A DNA stretch of 64,000 nt from Scenedesmus sp. PABB004 (Eukaryota), in the NCBI GenBank assembly GCA_014905635.1, contig CM026548.1:62001-126000 (forward strand). The letters run 5' to 3'. The stretch's first letter is position 1. Each line of letters starts with the position of its first letter. The translations under genes were made by a program, and so were the position numbers. Positions 11,012 through 23,286 of this stretch are shown in pieces. Below the pieces are notes generated by a model, which had not been told where the DNA came from, ran no database searches, and saw only the letters and a program-made list of their open reading frames with translations.

Positions 11012-14000
11012 TCAGCTGCCGCCCTTGAGCGCCTTGTAGTAGAGCTCCAGGTAGTCCAGCGCGGGGCCGTCCCAGCTCCAGTCCTGGGCCATCACGCCCG
11101 CGCTCAGCGCCTCCCAGGCCTCGCGGTCGCTGTACCACATGCTGAGCGCGCGGTTGAGCGCGTAGTCCATGCCTGCGGTGTCGGTGCCCTCAAAGCTGAA
11201 GCCGTTGACACTCATGCCTGCCCGGGGGTGAGTGTGGGTGTGTGGGTGTGGGGGGCGGGTGTGTGGGTGTGGGTGTGTGTGGGTGTGTGTGGGTGTGGGA
11301 GAAAGGGAGAGGTGGGCGCGTGGGCGCGCTGGGCGTTGGTGGGCACGCGTGGCGCCGCCCCTGCTCTCGCCCCCAGAACCCGCCTCCCCCGTCCCGCCGC
11401 CGCCGCCCCCACCCACCCGCGTCTGCCGCGCGCTCCGCGTCGTGGTCGATGTCAAACACCGTGTCGGCGAGGCCCCCCGTCTTGCGCACGACCGCGACCG
11501 TGCCGTAGCGCATCGCGATCATCTGCGCGTGTGCGTGTGTGTGGGAGGGGGGGCAGGGGTGTGTGTGTGGTGTGTGTGTGGTGTGTGTGGGGGCAGGGGG
11601 AGAGGACCGGGTGAGGCAGGCTGTCGACGCGCGAGGATGCAGTGGCGGCGCGGCAGCCTCTCTGCCTCCCGCGCAGCCGCGCCCCCCGCGCGCCGTGTGC
11701 CGCCGCCGCGCGCCTGCGTGAGGCCGCAGGGCTCAAACATGCTCGGCACCACAAACATGTCGCTCGCGGCGTAGATGAGGTGGCTCAGCGGCTCGTCGTA
11801 CGCAAACTCCAGCGCCGCGCGGTCGGGGTAGGAGCGGGAGAGCTGGTCGCGCAGCGCGTTGAACTCGCCCTGCCCGGCGGGGGGGGGGGGGGTTGAGGGG
11901 GGTTCAGGGAGGGGGTTAGGGGGTTGAGGGGGTTGAGGGATGAGAGAGAGAGAGGGGGGCAGGGAGGCGCAGGCGGCGGCACTGGCGGCGCCTGCACCTG
12001 TACGCGCGCGTCTGGCGCGCTGCCGAGCAGCACAAACTGCCCGCCCCGCTCGAGCGTGCGCCAGGCGGCGTGCTTGATGAGGTGGATGCCCTTCTGGTGC
12101 ACCAGCCGCGTCACGCACGACACCTGGGGGGGGGGGGGGGTGTGCGTGTGTGTGTGTGTGGGGGGGGGGGGGGTGCGTGTGTGTGTGTGTGTGGGGGAGA
12201 GCAGGGGGGTCGGGCAGGCGAGAGGGCGCCGGCGGCGCGGCGGCGCGCTGCCGCGCCACACCCCCAGCTCCCCCCGCCCCCCTGCTCCGCCCCTAAAACC
12301 TCCGCCTCGCGAGCCCCCCCCCCCCCAAAAAAAGAAACAGGGCCGCGCACGCACGATCGGGACGTCGATGTCTGCGAGGCCCACGCGGCGGCGCAGCTCG
12401 CGCCGCGCGGCGGCCTTGCCCTCCGCCACGTCCTCGGGGCCGTAGGGGCGGGGCAGGAACTCGTCGATGCTCGGGTCCCACAGCTCCTGGGGGGGGGGGG
12501 GCAGGGTTTAGGGGGGCGCGCGGGGCAGGGCTTAGGGGCGAGCGGGCGCGGCAGGGGGGGTCGGGGAGAGGTGGAGCGCCGCGCCCGTCCCCCCCCCCCC
12601 CGCCGCGCTCGCCAGCCTCTGCCTTGTAGCCCCGCCGCACGCTCCTCCTAAACCCTGGACCCGCTGAACCCCTCAACCCCGCGCCCCCCGCGCCCCCAAC
12701 GCCCCGCGCCCCCAGGGTCACCTCGTCGATGCCGTTGCGGATGCCAAACATCTTGCCCAGGTGCGCCGCGATCACGGGGTGTCCGCTGATCTGCGCGCAC
12801 ACACACACCACACACAGACACGGCGGTGGGGCGGGAGGGAGGGCGCGGGCGGGGCGGGGTTCAGGGCGGTGGTGAGGCGCACCGCGGCAGGGACGGACGC
12901 AGCCCCTCTCTGCCCGCGCGGCGCGGCCCGCCGGCGCCCCGCCGGCGGCCCCGCCGGCGCCCCCGCGCCGCGCCGCGCCGCGCCTCGCGCGCGTAGGTGG
13001 GCGACACGGTCGTGGCGACCTCCGCCGCGGCCATGGCGCGGCCGACCAGGTCTGCGCCGTAGTTGAGGTTGTGAATCGTGAACACCGCCTTGGCGCCGTT
13101 GGGGCGGTCGCCCCACGCCACGGGCGCGGACTGCCAGTCGTGGCAGTGCAGGATGTCCGGCTTGACCTGTGGTGGCGGGGTTTAGGGGTAGCAGAGGGAG
13201 GGCGGGGGTTCAGTGCGCAGGGGTTCAGGGGTTGGAGCGAGCGGGCGCGGAGAGGGCGGGCGGCGCGCGCCGCCGGCCTGCAGGCCCCGCGACAGCGCCG
13301 GCGCGGTGCGGCGCGGCGCGGCGCGGCGTTTGCGCGGCGCTGCGGCGCGGGGTGGCGTGGGCGCGCTCACGTCGCGCACGCGGAGGTACTCCAGGGCGGC
13401 GCCGCAGAAGAAGCCAAACCTGGGGGACGGGGGGGGGGGGAGGGGGCGTGAGGGGGGGGGGGCGCGCCGCGCGCCGCGCCGCGCCGCGGCCGCGCCGCCC
13501 GGCCCCAACACTCTCACCCCTCCCCCGCGGGGTGCGTGCCGCCCGGCCCGCCCCGCCCCGCCGTGCCGCCCGCCCCGCCCCGCCCCGCCCCACGCCCAAA
13601 ACCTCACCGCACGTGGTCGTCGTTGCGCCCGTAGATGCACTGCCGCCAGAAGTGGCCGTTCTCTGGCTCCAGGAACGTCGTGGGCAGGCCCTCCACGCCG
13701 CCGCGCCACACGCGCACAAAGGTGCCGCCGTAGTGGAAGCCGCCGTCCTGGTAGATGCCCTCAACCTTTGTTTGGGGGGGGGGTGCGGGTGCATGTGTGT
13801 GTGTGTGTGTGGTGTGGGGGGGGGGGGCAGCGGTGCGCCCAGCCGGTCCCACCCAGCCTCCGCCCGCCCCCCGCCGTCCCACAGCCCCTCCAAGCCCCAG
13901 TGCAACCCCTGCACCCCCCCTCAGCCCCCATCAGCCCCCCCTGCCCCCCCCCCCCCCCCCCCCCACCTGGTGGTATGAGATGACGTCATACTTGGGCACC

Positions 14001-17000
14001 ACCACCTCCAGGCTGTGCCCCTCCTCCTGCACCGCGCGCGCGAGCGCGGTCACCACGTCGCCCATGCCGCCGACCTTGGCGATCGGGGCCATCTCCACCG
14101 CGATGTGCACCACCTGGTGTGTGTGTGTGTGTGTGGGGGGGGGGGTTGAAGGGGTGAGCGAGGAGGGAGGGTTTAGGGTTTAGGGTCAAGGGGGCGGCCG
14201 GCCGACCGGAGCAGCGCTGCGCGGCCGCGCGCGTGCACGCTGCGGCGCGCGTGCACGCTGCGGCACAGCGGCAGCAGCCGCGCGGCGCAGCGGCAGCGGC
14301 CGCGCGGCGCAGCGGGCGCAGCGGGCGCGCCTTGAGGCCGGGCATCGTCCCCGCGCCGCCGCTGATGGGGATGTGGTAGTCGAGGCCGCCGTTGTTGTCA
14401 AAGAACCCGGCCGACGGCTCGGCCGCGTCGGCAAACACGACGTCCAGCATGTGCGCGTCGGGGGGCAGCTGCGGTCGGTCGGGGGTGTAGGGGGGGGGTT
14501 TAGGGGGGTTGCAGGGGGGGGGGCGCGTGGGCGTGCGTGCGTCAGTGTCGTGGGCCGGGGAGGCGGGGGTGGTGTGTGTTGAGAGGGCTTGAGGGGTGAG
14601 AGAGAATGTGCAGGCTGAGCGAGGGGCTGGGAGCGGGGGCCGTGCGGCGCCCCGCGCGGCGCCCCGCGCGGCGCCCCCGTGCCCTGCGCCCCCCTGACCC
14701 CTGAACCCTGAACCCTGAACCCCCGGCAGCGCCCCGCGCGCCTGTATGGTCGCCTTGAGGAAGCCGATGCCCCCCGGCATGCTCGGCTCCATGCGCGTCG
14801 GAGGGATGGACACGGCGTGCCGCCACCTGGCGGGACGGACGGGGGAGAGGTGCCGGGGCGCAGGGTTGCGGGCGCAGGACGGGAGGGGGGGGGGGGGGCA
14901 GAGAGGAGAGCCCGGCCGGCCGGCCAGCCCCGCAGAGAGGTGGGAGCCAGGGGAGGGCCCGCGGCGGCGGCGGGGGCGGGGGCGCGGGGGCGGCGTGCCG
15001 GGGTGCGCACCGGTTGAAGCTGCCGCGCACGTAGATCTCTGGCCGCCCCCGCAGCGGCGTGAGGTCTGGGTTGTAGTACAGCTCGACTGTCTCGCCCGCC
15101 TTGGGGGGGGGGCGGGGGCGGGGGCGTGTGTGGGTGGGTGGGTGGGTGTGGGTGAGGGGGGGAGGGGCGTGTGTGGTGTGTGTGTGGGGGGGGGGGGGCG
15201 TCGGCGCAGGCAGGGCCCGCGAAGGATCAAACCGGGGGGTTCAGCGAGCGGCCGACCCTAAACCCTGAACCCCTAAACCGCCCCCCACGCACGCACCGTG
15301 GGCATGACGGGCAGGGTGTAGAGGAACTCGTGCTGCGCCTCGCGCCGCCGCTTGGTCACCTGCGCCTTGCTCTCAACCTGGGGCAGCCAGCACCGGGCGC
15401 GGGCGGGCAGGCGTGGTGTCACGACGCGGCGGCGGTGCCCGGGCGCGCCGCGGCGCGGCGCGGCGCGGCGCGGCGCGGCGCGGCGCGCCCCTCGCGCCCC
15501 CGCCCTGCCCCACACACCCCGCCGCGCCCTGCGCGCCCCCGCGCGCGCCGCACCCGGCGCATCGCGCGGCTCGCGGCGCGGTCCTCCGCGCCCGTGTCTG
15601 CGTCCGCCGCCTCGCGTTTCATCGCCTGGAAGACCATCTCCACCATGCTGCTGTCCGTCGCGGCCGCCTCGACGGGGGAGTGGAAGTCCTTGTTCTTGTT
15701 GTTGTCCCACTCGCGCCCGTCCCTGGGGGGGGGGGGGCGGACGCGGTTGGGGTTTAGGGCGACGCAGGGCGGGTGAGGCGCGACGGCGCCGCGGGGGCGG
15801 CGCGGGCGGCGGGGTTTAGCTGGGAGGCGGGCCGAGCGCGCGGCGGAGCGGCGCGCGTGGCGCGGCAGCGGCGGCGGCGGCGGCCGGGCCCGAGAGAGCC
15901 GGCACGGCGGGCGCGGGGCGCGCGGGGCGGCGCAGCGCCCCTCCTCCACCGCGCCCGCGCTGCGCTGGGGCTGTGTGGTCGCCCCTCCCCTGCGCGCCTG
16001 TCTGAGACGACAAAGTCGACCACCGCCGCGCTGGAGGGGATGTCGACCAGCGCGCCGCACCAGCTCGCGTCCTTGGCCAGGCCGTGCTCGTCGCACTGCG
16101 CGCCGGTCAGGGGGACCAGGTCGTACGTCTGGGGGGGGGGGCAGGGTTTGGGGGGGGGGGGGGGTAGCGGCGGCGGCAGAGGGTGTCAGCAGTGGCGTGG
16201 CCGCGGCGCTCGCAGCATGCTGCCCTCACTACACCCCCCCCCCCCACCTGCTTCTCCTTGTTGTACCAGCCGTCGTAGCCGAGGTGCAGCTTGGCGCTCG
16301 TGGTGAACGCGAGGGGGCCGCTCCTGGCGGCGCGGGCGCGCGGGCGCGCGGGTGGGTGGGGTGTGTGGGGAGGAGAGGCAGAGGAGCGAGGCTGGGCCGG
16401 CCCCGAGGCGGCCGGCGAGCCCCCGCCGCCCACACGCCCAGACCGCCCGCCCTCACACCAACACCCTCCCCCCCACACCCATCCACCCCCCACACACACC
16501 CACCCACACACCCACCTGCAGTTGTAGACCAGCATGCAGCGCGCCCCCGCCTTGAGCGGCGCGCCCACCCACGCGTACACGCCCGGCACCGCCAGCGCCG
16601 TCTCCAGCGTCGCGAGCGCGGGGCGGCGGCGCTGCGCGACCGCCTTGGTCGCGGCGGCCATGAGCTCCTTGGTGCGCCGCTCCCTGAGGCGCGCGCGCGA
16701 CGGGGAGTGGGGTGAGAGGGGCGTGTGACGGGGGCTGGCGAGGCGGGGCGCAGCGCCGCCCTGCCCGGCCCTCCCCGCTCACTTGAACGCGACGCGCGCC
16801 TCGGCGGCCGCCTCGGCGGCCTGCAGCTGCACGCGCTCCCACAGCGCGACCTCGGCCGACGCGAGCAGCGCGCGGCGGTGCGCCTCGGCGGCCGCGTACT
16901 CGGCGGCGCGCTGCTCCAGCAGCTGGTCCTCCGTCAGCGCGCCCACGAGCTTCAGCGTGAAGTCGCGCGCCGTGTTGTTGTCCACCGCGCCGGTGCGGGC

Positions 17001-18954
17001 GTCCATGATGACGTAATCGCAGCGGAACAGCAGCGTCGGCAGCTCAAACCGCGCCTCCCACCACTCCTGGCTCCCCGGCGCCGACGCGAGGTCGGGCGAG
17101 CTGCGCGGCGAGCGGACGCGCGGGCGCGGCGGCGCGGGCGCGGCGGCGGCGCGTGAGCGACATGGGGGCGCGCCGCCGGGCCTCGGCCCTCGCTCGCGGT
17201 GCCGCGCCGGCCCGCCTCGCCCCCTCTCAACCCTTGAAGCCCCGTCACCCTGCTGCTGCTCCGCACCCCCTAACCCCTAAGCCTTAAGCCCTAAGCCCTA
17301 AGCCCTAAGCCTTCAGCCCCCTCCCACCGCGCCATGTCGTGCACCACAATCTCCTCCCACTTGTTCAGCCCCGCCTTGAGCTGCAGCCGCGCACCGCCCC
17401 CGCCGGGGAGGGGCCCGCCGGCCGCGTTGTAGTAGACGTGCGCGACGCCCCCGGGGGCGGCGCCCTCGGGCGGCCACACAAACGACGGCGCGCCGCGCGA
17501 CACCGCGTCGGCCGCGAGCGCCGCGAGCGCCGCCGCCGTCGGCGCCGCCGCGACGGTGGCGCGCGAGGCGGCCGCGCTCATGGCGGTCGCGGTCGCGGCG
17601 AGCGCGGCGGCGGCCTCGGCCGCCGCGGCCGCCTCGGCCACGGCCAGCGCCTCGGCGCGCTCCGCGTCGGCGCCCGCGGTGCTGCTCGGCGGCGCGCCCG
17701 CCTCGGGCGGCGCCGGCATGGCCGCGCGCGCCGCGAGCGCCGCGGCCGCCGCGGGCGCCTCGGGCGCCGCGAGCGCCGCGGCGCCTGTCTCGGGCCCGGG
17801 CAGCGACAGCTGCTCCGGCGGCGCCTCCGGCAGCGACACGACCTGGTCCTGGCGGCAGTGCGGGGGTGCGGGTGAGCCGCGCCGCGACCTGCTGCGCCCG
17901 CCGCGCCGCGACCTGCTGCGGTGTGCCCCCCGCGCGCCGCGCCGCGCCGCCGCGCCCGCGCGCGCGCCGCCGCGTCACCTCTGTGCTGGTGAGGCTGGTG
18001 GCCGCCATGTCAGCCATGCGCTCCTGCAGCTCCGCCAGCCGCGCCTGCGCCGCCTGGCGGTCCGCCGCGAGCTCCAGCAGCAGGCCCTTCAGCGCATCAT
18101 TCTCTCGCCGCAGCCGCGCCAGGCTGCTGCTGCTGCTGCTGCGCGCGCCCTCGACGCGGCGCAGCTGGCGCACGAGCGCGTCCGCGCGCGCCGCCTGCGG
18201 GCGCGGCGCCGGGCGGCGGCGAGAGCGGCGTCGGCCAGGCCGGCAGCGCGCCCCCGCCGCGCCCGCGCCGCGCCGCCCCCCCCCCCCCCCCCCGGTGGCG
18301 CATCTGCTGCCGGCTGCGAGGGCCGTGACGCGATGGCGCAAGCTCCGCAACGGCCAACATGTCACGGCCCGCGCAGCCGGCAGCAGGCACCGCCCGGCCC
18401 GCCCCGGCCGCCGCCGCCGCTGCTGCCGCCGCCGCAGCTGCCGCCGCCCCCTGCGCGCCGCGGCACCTGCACCGCCGCGACCTGCGCCGCCTCCTCGGTC
18501 GAGCGCTTGAGCCGGTCGCTCACGACGTCGGCCTTGGCCGCCGCCACGGCGGCCTGCTTCTCCTCGGCCAGCCGGCGCGCGAGCTCGCGCGCGGCGCTGA
18601 TCTTGGCGGCCACCGCCTGCACGCGGCTCTTCTCGCTGATGACGCTGCCCTTGGGCAGCGCCGCCGTGCGCGGCGGCCCAAACTGGCGGGGGCCGCTGCC
18701 CGCGCCCGGGCTGTTGGGCCGCGGCGCGCCGCCGTCGGGCGAGGGCGGCCCGGGCGCCGTCGGCGGCGCGCTCGGTGCGGCGGAGGCCTTGGTCGCGACG
18801 TCGGGCCCGCCCGGCGCGCCGCCGCCGCCGGGGCCGCCCGGGGAGGAGGGCCGGTCGACCTGCGCGGTCGCGACCACGCGCAGCGGCCTGCGGGGCGCGC
18901 GCACGGGCGCGGCCGCGGCGTCAGCGACCCCGTTGGAACGGCGCGCCGCTGCAT
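11012..18954 (-). CDS. SS3: Soluble starch synthase III (N-terminal carbohydrate-binding modules plus GT5 catalytic domain), more than 20 exons
   Basis: [145 protein letters not shown]53-like DFVVSD..WDNN..DFH and [13 protein letters not shown]. Start uncertain (frameshift near 18900). Confidence 0.93.
14168..14191 (+). repeat. Interstitial telomere-type repeat (TTTAGGG)x2 in an SS3 intron
   Basis: agggTTTAGGGTTTAGGGtcaaggg read directly. Confidence 0.75.
14692..14723 (-). repeat. Telomere-variant repeat (TTCAGGG)x3 in an SS3 intron
   Basis: ccctgacccctgaaccctgaaccctgaacccc on + strand. Confidence 0.7.
17267..17320 (-). repeat. Telomere-variant array of CTTAGGG units in an SS3 intron
   Basis: cccctaacccctaagccttaagccctaagccctaagccctaagccttcagcccc on + strand. 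Confidence 0.75.
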
Positions 18955-19650
18955 TTAGGCCGCGCGGCGCGCCGCGCGGCCGGCCGGCGCGGCCGGCCGC
19001 GTGGCACCACCGCCGTCACTGCAGGAGAGCGGGCCGGCGCGGCGCGGCGCCGCCGCGCGCCGCCGGCGCTGCCGCTGTCCGGACGCTGCGGGCAGCGCCG
19101 CCGCGCTGACGCGCCGCGTTTGCAAGCATTGGACGCCCCGCCGCCCTGGCCGCACGCTTCACGCCCGCCTGCCGCCCCGGGAGGCCTGCCGCGCGCCGCG
19201 GCGCACCTGCTGCGCCGGGAGCGCAGTCCCGACAGCGCCGAGCCTGCCGCGCAGCGGCGCGGGGGCGCCTGGGCGCCGCCCCGCTGCAGGTGCAGCGAGG
19301 GGGCTTTCATGGCGTCCCGGGAGAGCCCTGTGCGGAGGTGGCGGGCGCGAGGTGGGCGCCCACCGAGGTGCTGCTGTCTCGGCGCGCGCCCTGCACGATC
19401 GCGCTCGACAGCCGGTCGTGCAAACGCAGTGAGGTGTGCCGAGCGCGTCGGGCGGGCGCGGGCACCACCGCGCGCGCGGCGTGGGCGGGGCGCGGCGCGC
19501 CAAAGCCCGCGCTCGCCCAGCCCGCCTCCAGCGCCGCCCGCCGCCCAGCGTCGTGCAGTCCCCCCAGCAGACCTGCCCGAACCAAGGCCCGCGCCAGCAG
19601 CACCGCAAGCTCCGGCGGCAGCAGCGACAGCGGCGGCGGCTGCGCGCGCG

Positions 19651-19984
19651 ATGGCGGGCCTCCAGCTGGGCCTGTGCCCTGGGCCCGTCGCAGGTGCGCG
19701 TCACGGGCTGCTCGCGGCCGCGCGGCCAGCGCGGCCGCCGCCAAACGCCGCCCGCGACCGCACGCAGGCGCGCTGCTGCCGGCGCTCGTGGCGCGGGCGC
19801 AGCAGCTGGCGGCGGGCGGCGCGGCGCAGCTGGCGTGCGGGGCACCAGGTGCGTGCGACGCCAGAAGGGCCGCTGGTGCGGCGCGGCAGTCGCCGCGCCT
19901 GATCGCTCGCGCCGCTGCCGTCCGCAGGCCTGCCGGCGATGGGGGCGCTGCTGCTGCTCCAACAGGCGCATCGACGCGGCGTGT

Positions 19985-20023
<39 letters not shown>

Positions 20024-20751
20024 CCGGCGGCAGCAGCAGCAGCCGCAGCGGCGGCGGCCGGGCGGCGCGCGCCGCGGCGGGCTACAAAGCGCGGCTGCCG
20101 CGCGTGAGCAAGTGAGCGCGCCGCGCCGCGCCCGCCTGCCGCCGCCCGCACGCGCCGCCCGCGCCCGCCTGCCATCGCCGCGCGCCCGCTCGACCGCCCG
20201 CGCCCGCCCCCGCGCGCGGCGCAGGTACGGCCCCGCGCTGCGGAGCTCCGACCCCGCCGCGTTTGAGCGCATGCGGCTCGTCCTCGGCTACTACGACTCC
20301 CCAGCGGGCCGCGGCGCGGCCCCGCCGGCGCCGCCGGTCAGCGCGACGGTCAACAACCTGCAGGCGCTGCGCTGGACGGCCGAGGTGGACCCCTACTACC
20401 GCCTCGCCCTGCTCAGCTACCGCGCAAAGCTTGCCAACGCGGAGCTCGCGCCGGTGAGGGTGGGGGGGGGGGGCATGGCGGCGCGGCAGTGGGGGCGCAG
20501 CGTGCGCGCGGGCCCCGCGCTGACGCTGACGCCGCGCCGCGCACGCGCAGGCGCTGGCCGCGACGCGCTCGTTCCTGGACGCGCTCGCGGCGCCCGACTT
20601 TGTGCCGCACGGCGTCGAGGCGGCTGCGGCGGCGGCGGCGGCGACGGCGGGCGAGAGCGAGGCGGCCGCGGCGGCGGCCGCGGCGGCGCCGGGCGAGGGC
20701 GCGGCGGCGGGCGGCGGCGAGGCGGCCACGCCTGCGGGCCAGCAGCCGTGA
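19651..20751 (+). CDS. Hypothetical protein, possibly organelle-targeted (about 5 exons)
   Basis: ATG 19651 with GT-AG introns joining to ...RRGVCSSSS...YKARLPRVSK|YGPALRSSDPAAFERMRLVLGYYDS..NNLQALRWTAEVDPYYRLALLSYRAKLANAELAP|ALAATRSFLDAL..QQP*; no family recognised. Confidence 0.55.
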
Positions 20752-20828
20752 GCGGCCGGCGCGGCGACAACACGGGCGATCGCTCGCCCCCGTTGCAACG
20801 ATCGTTGCCCGCTCCGCTCCGCCAGCGC

Positions 20829-23049
20829 TCAGGGGCCCGACACGTCCACGACTGTGCCGGGCGGCGCGAGGGCGGCGCCGTCGTAGATGCAGTACAGCCC
20901 AGCGCTAGCGCTCGAGCCCCCGCCCGCGCCTGCCAGCGCGTACTGCACGTAACGCCGCTGACCGCGCGGCACGCCCCCGCCGCCGCTCGCGCTGCCTGCC
21001 GCCGCGTCGCCCGCCAGGCTGCTCACGCTCCCGCCGCTGCCGCCGCCGCTGCCGCGGCCTGGGTGGCTGCCGTCGCTGCTGCTCGCGTCGCAGCTGCTTG
21101 ACAGGGAGCTGCCGCCACCACCTGGCCGCGCCGCCGCAAACTCCGGCCGCGTGGGCAGCAGGACGTCCACGTTGCGGTGGCTGTGCCCAAAGACGTGCAC
21201 ACAGCTGCCGACCTGGCGCCGCGACCGGCGCGGTCGGGGTGGAGGCGGCTCGGGGCTGCGCGTGCGCGGCCGCCGCCGCTCGCGCATGCCAGGCGCGCGC
21301 GCGCACACACCTGCTCCAGCTGCGCCTGCAGCTCCAGGCAGCCCATGGCCTTGGCCAGCTCGCTCACGCGCGAGTGGGGCAGGCGGTCGTCCGGCAGGAA
21401 GTGGCTGACGGTGATCACCAGCGGCTGCGCCTGCTGCGGCGGCTGCTGCGGCAGCGGCGGCGGCTGCTGCGGCTGCTGCTGCTGTGCCGTCCCACCGCCA
21501 TGCGCCGGTGGCGCCCCGTTCGCCGGCGCCGCAGCTCCCGGCTGCCCCGGGCGCTTGGCGAGCCGCGCCAGGCTGACCTGCAGCCCCGGCACGGGCCGCG
21601 CGCCGCGCACTGCGAGCGCGCCGTGGGTGTGCCAGCGCACGGTCGCGCCGCCGCCAGCGCCGGCTGCCGCCGTCGCCACGGGAGCGGGCGGCGGCGCGGG
21701 CGGCGTCTGCGGCGGCGTGAGCGCGGGCGTCGCCGCCGCTGCAAGGTGTGCGTGCGCGAGGGCCAGGGTGGGGGCGTTGAGTGCGAGCATCACCTGGCGG
21801 GGCGCGTGGGTTGGTGGGTGGGTGTGTGTGTGGGGGGGGGTGTTAGAGAGTCGAGCTCAGCACAGGGCTCACGGCGCGGCCCCGAGCCCCGCGCCGCCGC
21901 GACGCGTGCGCGCGCGCGACCTGCCACACGTCGCCCTCGGCGACCGGGCCCCAGCGACAGAACGAGTCGTGCCGGAGACGCCCGGGGCTGCACGGCGGCG
22001 GCAGCGGCGGGGGCGGCGCGCGCGGTGGGGCAGGCGCGCGGCGCGCGCTGCCGCCACTGGCTGGCCACGGCCCGGCGCACCGCGGGTCGGCGCTGTCAAA
22101 GGTGCAGTGGTACCAGCTCAGCAGGGGCACGACCAGCACCCCAGCCGCGCACTCCACGGGGCCCACGTCCACGCCCAGCTCGTCGGCCATCTGGCGCGGC
22201 GCGCGCGCGTGCGGGCGCTGAGCTCAGCGCGCGCGCCGCGGCGGTCAGCGGCGGCGGCGGCGGTCGGCGGCGGCGGCTGCGCGGCGGCGCGCGCCTGGCG
22301 CAGTGCCATGAGCTTGGCCCACGCGTCGTCAAAGGTCGCCTCGTCGCTGGTGCCGGGGCGCGCCCAGAGGTCGTGGTTGCCGGGGACGTACACGACGCGG
22401 CGGAAGCGCGGCGCCAGCGCGGCCAGCGCGGCGCGCACGGCGGCGGCGGTGTCGCCGGCGTCGCCCGCCACGACCAGCACGTCGTCCCGGAACGCGGTCG
22501 CGTGCACGCACCGCACCCAGCGCATGCCGCCCGCGTCGACGTGAAGGTCGCTCACCGCAAACACGCGGCACCGCCGCCGCCCGGCCGCGCCGCCCGTGCC
22601 GCCGCCGCCGCCGCCGCCGCCGCCGAGCGGCAGCCGCGCCGCGCAGCGCGCCCAGCGCGCCGCGCCGGCGCCGCGCGGGCCGGGCGCCGCGAGCGCGCCG
22701 AGCGCGCGCAGCTGCGCCGCCGAGACGCGCGCGAGCGCGCGCGCCGCCTGCACGCAGTCGGGGCCGGCGCCAGCCGCGAGCTGCGCACGCCCACGAGCGA
22801 GCAGGCAGACCGCCGCCTCGCCGTTGCCCGCGGCCGCCGCCGCGTCCGCCAGGGCCACCCAGGCGGCAGCCAGGGCCTCGGGACCGGCTCCTGCGATGGT
22901 GGGGCGGGCCGCTCGGCCCGCCGCGCGCGCCGGCGGGCGCCGCCGCTCGGCCCGCCGCGCGCTGCCGCTGCCGCCGCAGCAGCGCGGCGACGCTCACCCT
23001 CCGCCTGGGCTGCGTCCAACTCGCGCTTGGCCGCGACGAACGAGCCCAT
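20829..23049 (-). CDS. Calcineurin-like metallophosphoesterase
   Basis: All metal-binding motifs present: VFAVSDLHVD, VLVVAGDAGD, YVPGNHDLW, ITVSHFLP, HVFGHSH; also VPLLSWY and AKAMGC typical of the plant/bacterial subfamily. Confidence 0.85.
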
Positions 23050-23286
23050 CGCCCGCTGCTCGCCGCGGCGCGCGCTGCTGCGGCTCGCGGCGCCGTGCTG
23101 CCTCGCCGCGCGCGCCGGCGCAGCTCTGGCTGCTCGAGAGAGGAGCGGCCGAGCCTGGGGGAGGAGCAACCGAGACGGTTAAACGCGGCCCCGGCTGCCG
23201 CGCAAAACCGCCGGTCGCTGCGCGAGCGCGGCGGCTGGCGGCGCGGCGGGCGAGGCGGGCGGGCGGCGTCGTCGGCGCCGCCGCCG

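Noticed and set aside
14168..17320. Telomeric repeats as a chromosome end or fusion point
   Set aside because: Short, degenerate, in both orientations and inside introns of an intact gene.
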